A stretch of 62,782 nucleotides of DNA from Chiloscyllium plagiosum (lineage: Eukaryota): NCBI RefSeq assembly GCF_004010195.1, contig NC_057720.1, positions 25,769,159-25,831,940 of the forward strand, written 5' to 3'. Positions 51,401 through 62,564 of this stretch are shown here, one piece after another. A model generated the notes under the pieces. The model saw only the letters and a program-made list of their open reading frames with translations. It was not told the origin of the DNA and ran no database searches. A program made the translations under genes and the position numbers. Position 1 is the stretch's first letter; every line of letters begins with the position of its first letter.

Positions 51401-51501
51401 AATGCTGGCAAATGTGACTAGGTCAGATTGGGATGTCTGGTCAGCATGGACAGGTTGGACCGAAGGGTCTTTTTCTCATGCTATATGAGTCTATGACTCT
51501 A
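48447..51501 (+). mobile_element. CR1: ORF1 C-terminus and nearly complete but decayed ORF2
   Basis: DRFHLNWKGTNIL (esterase end), APE remnants, REIRRAKRGHEIALANRVKENQKKFYQY, VSQGSVLGPLAFIIYINDLD and (ctatgact)n tail. Confidence 0.9.
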
Positions 51502-52990
51502 AGTCACAAACACTGAGGCTAAAGAAATTTCCAGAAGGCACTTGTCAAGCTTTCACATAAAACATTATTGTGCCATGCAGGAATTCATGGATAGAAATCT
51601 GTTGATTGGTAGGAAACATAAATGGGTCTTTTTCATTTTGGAATAATATGACAAAAGGAATCCTGTGGGAGTCTGCGCTGGGGCCTCAATGTTTTATAAG
51701 TTATATTCGTGATATAGGTACGGGAGTGAAGGCTGGTTTCTAAATTTGTAGACGACTCAAGGATAGATAGGAAAGTATGTTCTTAAGAGAACATAAGATT
51801 GCAGACTAAATGGGTTAGATGCGTGGGTAAAATTCTAGCTCACAGAGCATAATTTTGGAAAATGTGAAGTAATTATCTTTGGCAGGAAGAATAACAAAAG
51901 TAGGGCATTACTTAACTGGAGAACAACAGTAGAATTCCAAGGTGCAGAGGTATCTAGGTGTTACGGTGCATAAATCACAAAATATTAGTATGCAGGTACA
52001 ACAAGTAACTAAGATAGCTAGTGGAATACTATCATTTATTATGAGATAAAATCAGAATGAAATTAAGGACTTTATGCTTCAGCTATACAGGGCATTGGTG
52101 AGACCACAAGTTGCAGTTTTGGTCTCCTTCCTTAAGGAAGGTACATCCAATTCCGGAAAGTTTTACGAGGCTGATAGCTGCAATGAGCACATTGTGTGAC
52201 AACAACTTATTGGACAGATGTGGCTTAGTTCCACTAGACAAAGAACAGTGATTGGCAACCTCATTGTAGTACATGAGATCCTGAATTGTCTTGCTATGGT
52301 GGACACAGAAAGAAGTTCCCTTTTGTGGGTGAGACCAGAACTGGGGGATGAGGTACGTTACTGTGGTAAAGTTTGGGTCACTTTTAGGATAGAGATGTGA
52401 AGAATATTTTTCTTTCTAAAGCTTGTGTGGTTTCAGAACTCTGCCATAGAAAATCATAGAGGTGGGGTCATTGATTATTTTTAAGGCAGAGTGAGATGGA
52501 TTTTTGTTAGGTAAGAGAATCAGAAATTATTGGGGGTAGATAGGGATGCAGTATTTGAAACAGAAACCATGATCAGCCATGATCTTATTGAATAGTGAAG
52601 CAGGCTTGGAGTCTAAATGGCTCGTTTCTGTTTCTAAATTGTACTTTCACAGGTTATGTGCCAATTTTCTCTGCAAAGCACCTTGGGAATTGGTTGACTT
52701 GACAAATGCAAGTTGTTATTGATAATTTGGAGGGTTAACAAAACTGGGCTAAAATTTGATAAATAATTGAAAGGATAGGGAAGCCAGCCTTCAGCAAACA
52801 AATGGTGTCAAACCAGCTTTAATTAAACAGCTCTGTTAGTAAGGCAGAGCACAGCTCAAAAAAACAGGAATTCATAAAGATGTAAAACTATGCCATGTAT
52901 GTAATCTTTTACTTTCCCCCATAGAGAGTATGGTAGCAGATAGGGTATTTAATCAGGTACCTACTGCCTCTCGGTTTTGACTCTGATTAT

Positions 52991-53322
52991 TCATAGAATC
53001 CCAACAGTTTGGAAGCAGGCCATTCAGTCCATTGAATCCACACCCACCTTCCAAAGAGCATCCTACCGTATCCCTGTAACCCATGGCATTTCCCATGGCT
53101 AATCCATGTAACCTGCACATCCCTGGACACTATGGGTGTCAAGGTCAATTCACCTTATGTGCACATTTTTGGACTGCGGAGGAAACCAGAGCACCCAGAG
53201 GAAACACACACAGACAGGGGGAAAACATGCAAACTCCACACAGTCACCTGGGGTTGGAATTGAACCTGGGTCCCTGGCACGGTGAGGCAGCAATGCTAAC
53301 CACTGAGTTAACATGCAACCCC
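52991..53322 (-). mobile_element. HE1-type SINE (older subfamily)
   Basis: tcatagaatccc tail, tgcaaactccacacagtc, gaattgaacctggg and gctaaccactga. Confidence 0.85.
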
Positions 53323-55405
53323 AATCATCATTGTTTCCTTCTACTTGCTGCCCTTGACTTTGTAGAGGTCTTAGGTTTGGTAGATGCTAAGGAGACGTAA
53401 TGGGTTGTGGCAAAGTATTTTGAAACTGTTACATGAGCAATTAATGCCCTCATCTCACTGCCACTGGTATTGCTCCAGTGATGGGCAGGGGATTCACCAT
53501 TAGGGAGCATGATATCGGTGCCTGGGATAGGGTCCTTTCTTCAAAGACATATCTGGACCTGATGGAGGAACCCAGCATTGTGAAGGGGCTGCCCATTGAG
53601 CCTCACATCCACAACCATAGACCCTCTTCTCCTTTCTCTCACCTTTTCTGTCATCACTCATCTATGTCTGGCTCACTCCTTATCCCTGGGCTCAGTCAGT
53701 GTAAAACCAGAAGAGGCTACCACCTTCCCAGAGATACTGCTGAGTACAGAATACTGGCTGATAACTCTCAGCTGGTGGGACTTCCATCTAGGGATTCTTA
53801 ATTCACAGGATGCCTTCATTCTTCTCTGAAAGAGGTGAAGTGGGAGCCCAATGGCTCTCTGGCTAGATGCTGCAACTCTTACAGCCTCGATAAGGTTGTA
53901 TTCCGGAAATTTTCTAATCAGGAAGTGATGATGCACTTCAGGAGGAAATGAGCCTCCTAGATCCAGACATAAGGGCACTACTGCAAGAACCCTCAATATT
54001 GTACGTCTTTCCAATCAACCTGTTCAGAATTTTTATTACACACCTCTACGGCTGCTGAGAGTTGAACCAAGGTATGGTGTTCCAGAGGTAGGGAACCAAT
54101 GTATTCATTCCTCGTGGTTTTCTTATACTTGACACCAATCAGAATCAATCTATCAGTGAGGCAAAATTGTTAAACAATCAGTTTAGCAGTGTAATTGTAT
54201 GGTTTTCTCAAAGTATTAAAATTCAATTGACAAATTAACTAGTCTGCAAATACAGGATGAAAAGAGAAATAGTTCTAATTAGATCAGACAAATTCTCTAT
54301 CTAGCCTCTTTAAATCAGTGTCTTACTTAAGTACACTCTTAAGTATTTAATCAATTTGTTGCTTATAATTATAATGAATGTAGATTTTCAAATCAGAAAC
54401 TCTACTTAGAATTAACATTTAAGCACTGCAAAATATTTGCAAAAGTGCCTGCATTTTTAATAGGCCTTCACAGTACTATTCCTCTTTATTATGTACACTC
54501 ATTCCAGTTGGCAGCTCTTCTGAACTGTGAAGAGGATCAACAATCAAATCAGATGCAGTTTAAGGGCTCCAGTTAGTTGGATGCCCTGAGTTTTGAGGAC
54601 CAGATGTGACTTTCCTAATTCAGCTACTCAAAGATTTGAATGTCTACAACATGAGTCTCAATCATTGACCTTCCTGCAGGTGTACCTCTGGTGTGCTGTA
54701 GGCCTAGATGTTGTCAGCTGCTTCATGGATGATCTTCCTTTCTCTGTAAGACAGAAGCATCTTCGCTGATGATTGCACAGTTCAATTATACTTGCAACTC
54801 CTCAGCATGATGACCAGACTTTGCATAAGGTTTTCTAAATTATGATGGCTCCAGATTAGACACCCCAAGTTGTCTAGGCGAGGTGAACTGGCTCCTCTTA
54901 TTTAGTAACCACTCCACTGGTTGGTCACAGCAAGATTAACTTCCTGAGTTCAAGTATTCCCCTGCGAATATGTTTCTGTTTTTAAAGGATACAATTTAAC
55001 CTTGTTGTCTTGAATTTACAAAGAGTGGATTTATTCTGAGGATATATACTGAAACACAAAAGCCTGGAGATTAGAAATGGTAAGTAAGTTTAAAAAGCTA
55101 AAAAAAATGAATTAAACAATATATGTTTCATTCTGCAGGTACCTAGTGAAGAATTAATAGTTGAGCAGTCGATTTTGAGAAGTTTACCCTTGCATTAAAT
55201 TTTTTTTTTTGTCCTGAGTCCTTTTGTTTGGTTTACTGGTTAGCTGGCTTCTCGCACTCAGAGCCAGACAATCATTTACTTACAACTCGGGGGTGACTAG
55301 TGGGTGCGTTTTGAATGTGAAGGTCTCAGCATACTAGTGCTTGAACTAAGGCTAGTAGTAAACACAAACCTCAACCCACTGGTGCATACTAGCACTTAAT
55401 TCATT

Positions 55406-55496
55406 TGAACAAAGTTAAAAATCACACACCAGGTTATAGTCCAACAGCTTTATTTGGAAGCACTAGCTTTCGGAGCACTGCTCCTTCAACAGATAG
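55406..55496 (-). mobile_element. Short PLE terminal-repeat insertion with hammerhead-like motif and 11-bp TSD
   Basis: Minus strand UAU-CUGUUGA-A-GGAGC-AGU-GCUCC-GAAA-GC-UA-GUG then aataaa. Flanked by cttaattcatt at 55395-55405 and 55497-55507. Confidence 0.65.
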
Positions 55497-55634
55497 CTTA
55501 ATTCATTAGCATAGCTTCTTCCAAGAGCATATACAGACCAGGATAGAATGAACTTTTTACCTCTGAGAGAAGCTTCTCAGCCCATTGGCCCATCTGGTTC
55601 AGATCCTGTTGTAATCTGAGGTAACCCTCTAGTT

Positions 55635-56286
55635 ATGATAGTAAAGAAGGCGTTTGGTATACTTTCCTTTATTGGTCAGAGTATTGAGTGCAGGAGTTGG
55701 GAGGTCATGTTGCGACTGTACAGGACATTGGTTAGGCCACTGTTGGAATATTGCGCGCAATTCTGGTCTCCTTCCTATCGGAAAGATGTCGTGAAACCTG
55801 AAAGGGTTCAGAAAAAATTTACAAGGATGTTGCCGGGTTGGAGGATTTGAGCTATAGGGAGAGGCTGAACAGGCTGGGGCTGTTTTCCCTGGAGCATCGG
55901 AGGCTGAGGGGTGAGCTTATAGAGGTTTACGAAATTATGAGTGGCATGGATAGGGTAAATAGACAAGTTATTTTCCTTGGGGTGGGGGAATCCAGAACTA
56001 GAGGGTTTAGGGTGAGAGGGGAAAGATATAAAAGGGACCTAAGGGGCAACTTAGTCACGCAGAGGGTAGTATGTGTATGGAATGAGCTGCCAGAGGATGT
56101 GGTGGAGGCTGGTACAGTTGCGACATTTAAGAGACATTTGGATGAGTATATGAATAGGAAGGGTTTGGAGGGATATAGGCCGGGTGCTGGCAGGTGGAAC
56201 TAGATTGGATTGGGATATCTGGTCGGCATGGACGAGTTAGACCGAAAGGTCTGTTTCTGTGCTGTGCATCTCTATGACTCTATGAC
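55635..56286 (+). mobile_element. CR1 3' end, relatively little decayed
   Basis: MLRLYRTLVRPLLEYCAQFWSP, YRERLNRLGLFSLEHRRLRG and (ctatgact)n tail. Confidence 0.92.
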
Positions 56287-56476
56287 ACAAAATTTGTCTC
56301 TCGCGATTGTCTTTTCTAGGAAGGGTTTGGAGGGATATAGGCCGGGTGCTGGCAGGTGGAACTAGATTGGATTGGGATATCTGGTCGGCATGGACGAGTT
56401 AGACTGAAAGGTCTGTTTCTGTGCTGTGCATCTCTGACTCTATGACACAAAATTTGTCTCTCGCGATTGTCTTTTC
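56155..56476. repeat. Tandem duplication of a CR1 3' end plus about 30 bp of flank (162 and 160 bp)
   Basis: 56155-56316 versus 56317-56476, differing by one C>T and a 2-bp indel. Confidence 0.97.
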
Positions 56477-56590
56477 TCCCATCAGTCTGAGATCATTCCA
56501 GAAGACTGTGATTGAGTTTTTAGAGTATCTTCTCCCTTATTAGTCCATCCCTTTGAAGATTTCTTGACACCTTACCAGGTGTAATTGGGT

Positions 56591-56801
56591 ACTGCAGATG
56601 CTGGAGATTAGAGTCAAGATTAGAGTGGTGTTTGAAAAGCACAGCAGGTCAGGTAGCATCTGAGGTGCAGGAAAATTGATGTTTAGGGCAAAAGCCCTTT
56701 CATCATTCCTGATGAAGAGCTTTTGCCTGAAATGTCAAATTTCCTGCTCCTCAGATGCTGCCTGACCTGCTGTGCTTTTCCAGCATCATTCTAAACTTGA
56801 C
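56591..56801. mobile_element. Fold-back PLE terminal repeat with two degenerate hammerhead motifs
   Basis: Imperfect inverted arms 56613-56705 and 56710-56801. Plus-strand CUGAUGA-AGAGCUUUUGCCU-GAAA at 56709-56732. Confidence 0.8.
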
Positions 56802-57031
56802 CTTATCAGGTATCACATTCCAGTGTCTTTTTGTCAGACAATCACTAATTTTATATCAATTGTCATTTTGGCTGCATTAGTACACTTATCAAACTTTAAT
56901 TTCAAGTTTTTATTTATGTTTTTGGGTGATCTGTGGTTCTGGTCATGGTCAAGGTACTTACCCTGCATGATGGATGAAATGAGGTTAATTTTAATTTCAT
57001 CAAAAGGGAGAAAAGCAAAAAGAAGTACATA

Positions 57032-57230
57032 AGACAACAGACACACAAACACACACTCAGACATACACACATACACACTCAGACACACACCCACTCAGAC
57101 ACACACACTCACACTCAGACACACACACTCACACTCACACTCAGACACACACTCAGACACACACACACACTCAAACACACACACTGATATACACATACAC
57201 TAAGGCACGCTCACACACACAGACACACAT
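57032..57230. repeat. Compound (CA)n / (cacactcaga)n microsatellite
   Basis: Directly visible. Confidence 0.95.
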
Positions 57231-59586
57231 TCATTCCTCTAGCTTTGATCAATTATACCTCTTCATTTTTAATCTAATCTCTAAATACTGGATAGAGTGC
57301 CTGATCTCCTGGTATGTGGGTATTTTTTAAGTTGTATGGTTGAAGGGACAAATTCCAACAATAACCCAGCATTCTGCATCTTAAAGGTCTCCACAAAAGT
57401 TAATGAGTTGTGGTTAGTACAGACTACAATCTCCATTTCAGACATATATCAAAATATTTCTCATAACCCAAAGATTTGGTTCTCTAATGCGGAGTTCCAT
57501 TTCTGACGCTTGTTTATTTTAGAGCTTGTTCCCAATTACTTTATTTATTCTGAGGGCAGCCCCTACCTTGATGTCAATTGCATTGATTCTGGATTAGTGG
57601 TGCTGGAAGAGCACAGCAGTTCAGGCAGCATCCGAGGAGCAGTACTTCAAATACTTAGTTAAAATTTGGGGCCGCAAGTATAGGCTTGCTTATTGAAAAG
57701 ACTTCCAGCTTTTCAAAATGCTGCTTGACATTTCTCAGCTGGTATTGTCTTTTTTTTTGTTGTAGGTTTGTCAACGGCACAGTTACGTGGTGAAACTTGA
57801 GACTGATGTTCGAGAGAACCACACATTCCAAAGAAGCTCATGATTTCCTGTTTTGTTCTGTGAACATGGAGAACTGTGCTGATACTTTGCAGCTCTGGCC
57901 AGTACTCATGCTTGATCTGTTATTATATTTGAGATAGGTCACATAGGCCAAGGAAAACCTATTCTGTGTGAGATTAACCGCTGGGTCAGGTGACTGTCTT
58001 TTATGAAGACGACTTCCAATTGCTCTCAGTGCCTTTCCCAGATGTCACTGTACGTGGGAGGTCATCATGGTACACTATACAACTAAGTAAGCCTTCCACT
58101 GTTTGGTTCAACTGCCTTTAAAACCTGTCTGGAGCATTTCAGAGTCCAAATGCCATAACTTGATACTGGCATAATCCGTCTAGAGTGACAAAGGCAGAGA
58201 TTTCCTTCACACGAGCAGTTAAGATAACCTAACATATCCATTGAGAAACTCTATCTTCGTAATGTAAGCTGTTTTACTCCCCCTGTCTATGCAATCTACA
58301 AGCAAGGGCATTGGGTAGGAGTTGGCTTCCAGTCATTTTTTTATGATGAATACAGAGCATTATGGAACTACTGGATTGGGCATGAGCATAACTTCAGTGC
58401 TCTTACTACAGCTGCTGGGCTTTATTTGTTTTGCTCTTGCGTGTAGTTAATCTGTTCCTGAGCGTGGGCCAGCTTTTCTGGGCCTAGGGAGGTTGCCTTC
58501 TGGGAGGGATCATTTTCACATCACTTAGAGTTAGAGTTCGAGCTCATAGAGTTATGCAGCCTAATTTGTCTCCCCATAAGGTCTTGACAGCAGTTGCATT
58601 AAGTCTGCTTGCTGTTCTTCACTGAGGTGGGTAAGTAAGGAATCTACGATTGCTAGCATTTTGGTATTGGTTAGCCAAATATTAGGGGCTCAGTGTGGGC
58701 CTTGGCCATGTTTCCCTCCAACCCATGTCCCCTTGCTATCCCTGTCTCCAGACCAAAGGAAATAAATAGACCTTCTTGCTCCTTCTCATCAGTGGTATTG
58801 TATTATCATAGGGACATGACACAGCCTTTCCTCTTTCCCTACAAGTGGATGATTTAAAGAAAATCAATATTCTTGAGCCTAAAATAGCTTTTGGGAAAAA
58901 AAATCATCCTTAAGCGTTAACCCTACTGTGATCTTTTAACAGATGCTGCCTAACCTACTGAATGTTTCCAGCGTTTTCTGTTTTCTTAGCTAGTTGCGTG
59001 GCAAAACTTGTGACATAGTTCAAGCCCTTAGCTAAGTTTGGAACATAATCTTTGCACTGTCTACAGGCTGTCTTGTGATCTTCACATCGTAATTGCTGAA
59101 AGATAGTCTTTCTCTAAAGCAGTTGAATCATGCAAAGCCTGAGCTATTGAAACAGATTAATTCTAGTAATGAAATAGATCATTCAAATTCACAACCTTGT
59201 AGTTTTACAGTGGGGATTTTTATAATCTCTTTCCAAGCGCAGGCTGGAATTAAGTGAATTCGTTTAAGCTTTTTAGTATGTGTACGTACTAGGTACAGCA
59301 TAACACCATCACAATACTTTTGACTAAATGATTTGCATTTTTGACTGAGTTTAACACTTTTTCTAAAAGGATAGTGTGGTTCTGTAAATAGGTGTGGATA
59401 TATGTGTCTGTGTGCTTTGGTGGGGCCCGGCAGCATTGCCACACAAATAGAAGTAACTTGTTAGTGTTCTTTATTTAATTTAAATCATCGCACTGTTTTA
59501 AATGCTTGCCACGTACCCAGTATGTTTGCTGAATCATTAACAATGGAGATAACTGATTTTTTTTAGTCAAACATCTGAAGCAGAAA

Positions 59587-59950
59587 TGAAAGGGCTTGCT
59601 CTTATTTAGCACCTTTTATGTCCTGGAAACACTTCACTGTCAAGAGACAATCTTTGAAGAGCAGCGATGTTTGTCATATAAGTTAATGTGGCAGCTTGTG
59701 CTTGTGTAAGACAGTCCCTAAATAGCAAGTTAAATAAATGACCAGTTGATTTACTTTGGTCCATGGATGAATCTCCTAGTGCTCTTTTGAATACTGTGCG
59801 GCATGTTTGATATTCAATTAAACTGACAGAATTGGTTTACCATTTTAATCAGAGGCAATCATATCTGACAATGCAGTGTAGCCCCAAAGTGTTAGCCTGG
59901 ATTATGGCTTGAATTTTTCCGAGCTGGGTTGGAATTCTTATCACCAGAGA
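59587..59950 (-). mobile_element. Deu-domain-type SINE relic (SacSINE1/AmnSINE1-like)
   Basis: cttgctcttatttagcaccttt tail, aaataaatgaccagttga and tctgacaatgcagtg...aagtgttagcctggatt. Related relic at about 36840-37040. Confidence 0.5.
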
Positions 59951-60310
59951 TCAGACTAAACATTGCTCACTTTGTTATGGAGAAAATTCCCTGGCAAGCA
60001 GGGGCCCAGGAAAATCCAGAAATCTACAAAGGCAGGAATGGAGAATATCAGTGCTGACATCACAATTCTATTTTTCATCAGCATCAGTCATATTCTACAA
60101 TTTAAAAATAAAAAGCTAATATCCTGAGGGTGACCAGAAAGTGAATTAAATTATTTTAACCATATAAATGATGCAGTTGCAAGAGCAGCTCAGAGGCCAG
60201 GCATCTTGCAGTGAATAACTGACTTCCTGACTTTGCAAAACCTAACTCCGAGGCACAAGTCAGGAGTGTGAAGGAATACCTCATGGCTGATTGCAGCTCT
60301 GACAACATAG

Positions 60311-60538
60311 ATGAATAGACACCGCACAACAAAGGCCACACGGGGGTGTTCCCTCCCAGTGGGGGAACAATTCAGTGTTCAAGGGTATGCGGCCTTGGAT
60401 CTTTGGGTGAATGTCCTCCAAGGCAGACATCGGGACATGCATCAACTTAGAGTGGCTGAGTAGAGGCTGATAGCCAAGCCCGGTATCCATGAGCACGGCG
60501 TCAACCGGGATCTTGGGTTCATGCCACACTACAGGTGA
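60311..60538 (+). mobile_element. GIY-YIG C-terminal relic of a second PLE family
   Basis: Translates as MNRHRTTKATRGCSLPVGEQFSVQGYAALDLWVNVLQG...RVAE*RLIAK...GVNRDLGFMPHYR*, paralleling RFREH...VAQHFN...EERLI...GIN of the 11366 element. Confidence 0.7.
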
Positions 60539-60599
60539 CCCCACTTCATGATTCTCTCACTCTCTCACTCTCACATACACACACACACACCTCTATCCA

Positions 60600-61165
60600 A
60601 CATTGAGGGCCGAAGGGCTTGTTGTGCACTGTATTGTTCTATGCTCTATGTTCTATAATCTGAATCTTTTTCCAAGGTAGAAATGACAAATTCTAGAGGC
60701 CATAGATTTCAGGGGACAGGGGGAAATTTAAAGAAAATAAAAACCGAGAGAACAGCAGATGCTGTAAATCAGAAACAAAAACAGAAGCTTCTGGAAATGC
60801 TTAACAAGTCTGGAAGCATCTGTAAAGAGAAATCAGACTTCACGTTTCTGAGGAAGGACCCGAAACATCAACAGATTTTTATTTTATCAGATGCTGCAAG
60901 ACCTGCTGAGTATTTTCAACAACATGTGACAGTTGAAAGGGAGTTATGTCAGGCAAGGTTCTTATGCAAAATGCGGTAGATGACTAAAATGTACTGTCCT
61001 GGGAGGTGGTAAAAGCAGAAACAATCACAATGCTTCAGAGGCATTTGGGCAGGCGAATACGCTGGCAGAGGTTGGCAGTTTTATGGATCATGTCCGGGCA
61101 GATGGAATTAGTTTGGAATGGCATCATGGTCCGCACAGACATGTTGGGCCAATTATTCCAGTGCT
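60600..61165 (+). mobile_element. CR1 3' fragments with an inverted PLE terminal-repeat pair inserted at about 60735-60925
   Basis: tctagaggccatagatttcagg, then gcagatgctgtaaatcagaaac...ctgaggaaggacccgaaacatcaac...gatgctgcaagacctgctgag, then CR1 resumes. Confidence 0.65.
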
Positions 61166-62225
61166 GCGAGAGATAATATTTTGAGTGGAATATGCCTCTT
61201 CAAGGGTTAAACATTCCCCTTATTTCATCAACCGAAGGCCTGTACTCATAGAATACAGACAGAACACCTCAGAAGGGGGAGGCTGATAGTATCTCAAAAT
61301 AGAACCTCTTACAGCCATACATGTGGATTCTCCCGTAACCCCAGACAGAGGAATTTGCCCTTTTCAGACAAGACTGAGAACCCTGTGCACAACCCTGTTA
61401 AACTGCCTCCCACTCCCATTATCTTACCTCCCCTCCATATGACCATAGGTAAGTGAATACTCCATTTACTGAAGGAAGAACCCTTCTGCGTTAATCTCTT
61501 CCCATCAACACATAATCATGAACAATATGATTATCAATTTCTGTAATCCATTCACACGTTATCACAGGACATCGTCATTCATCAAGCTTTGTAAAGTCAT
61601 AATTAACTACTGTAAACTATCTGTTGACAATCGCCCATGTGACTGATATGCCTTTGTCTAATTCCTATTAAATACACTGTCTCTGTGGGTAAGGCAGAGA
61701 TTCATGAAGAAGAGTCTCTACAAGTAGACACTCGGCTACTTTAGAGACGCTTTGAAACTCTCGCNNNNNNNNNNNNNGATAGGTGATGGCACAAGAGTTA
61801 AGGTCAGATGTAAGGTTTTGAGACAGTGGGAAATGAGCAAGTGTTTCTGCTGACTGTATTGGCTGGAAATATGCAGAACATGTTGCCTATTATGGTGGTG
61901 CAAGTAGAGAAGATCAATGATTGATAAAAACAATTAGATCAGTTCTGAGGGCAATAAACTTGCAGAGTTTGTGGTACGTATGGGGGATGAGAATATTGGA
62001 TTCTGCTACAGAGAGCCAGCTTGGATTTGATGGGCCTCTTTCTGTGCTATAATGCATTTTATTTGGACTTGCCTAACTTGCTCTGGTCACTGATTAAGTT
62101 GTTATTTAGGTAAATCTACTCAGTGTTCCTACTCAGACCAATACAGGCTGTCCCTCCACAGCAGGGGATAATGTTTACTGCTTTATACTGGTTCTTGGGG
62201 TGGGGGGGGAGGGTGCGGGCTAACG

Positions 62226-62412
62226 GTGTGTGTAACAGTCTGCGAGCATTTATCTGAAATGGCAAAACACCAGTGCAGCCACACTAGGGACCGACTCTGG
62301 AAATGTGGGGAATGCCAGAAGGGAATTATTTACCCATCCCACCTGGAAGGGGGGGGGGGGGAAGGGATTCACTCAGGCATCCATCCTACTGAGACACCAG
62401 TTAATTTACTGA
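62226..62412 (+). pseudogene. C2H2 zinc-finger gene relic
   Basis: HQCSHTRDRLWKCGECQKGIIYPSHLE, a poly-G break, then GKGFTQASILLRHQLIY*: a degenerate HTGEKP linker and finger halves. Confidence 0.7.
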
Positions 62413-62564
62413 CAGCCACAGTTGAAGGATTTTTTTTCTCTTTTTCATGCCAAGTAATGAACAATGGTTTTGGCAGCCCATAAAGTTGTGAACATAGAGA
62501 TCTTAGCTTTGGAAATGCTCACAACATCGTTGAACATGCATTGATTCACACTGGCTACAGACGT

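Larger units (their letters stand above)
47620..52640 (+). mobile_element. Old CR1 RT-to-3' copy hosting two insertions
   Basis: Collinear pieces 47620-47845, 48340-48446 and 51502-52640 (GNCRLIS..SVMGKVL, KGKSCL, FQKAL, LYRALVRP). Confidence 0.7.

Noticed and set aside
57032..57230. CA-rich array with a recurring cacactcaga unit
   Set aside because: Ordinary compound microsatellite. The overlapping ORF 56834..57094 is low-complexity.
60281..60544. 87-aa minus-strand ORF in a GC-richer patch
   Set aside because: Antisense of a PLE GIY-YIG relic read on the plus strand.
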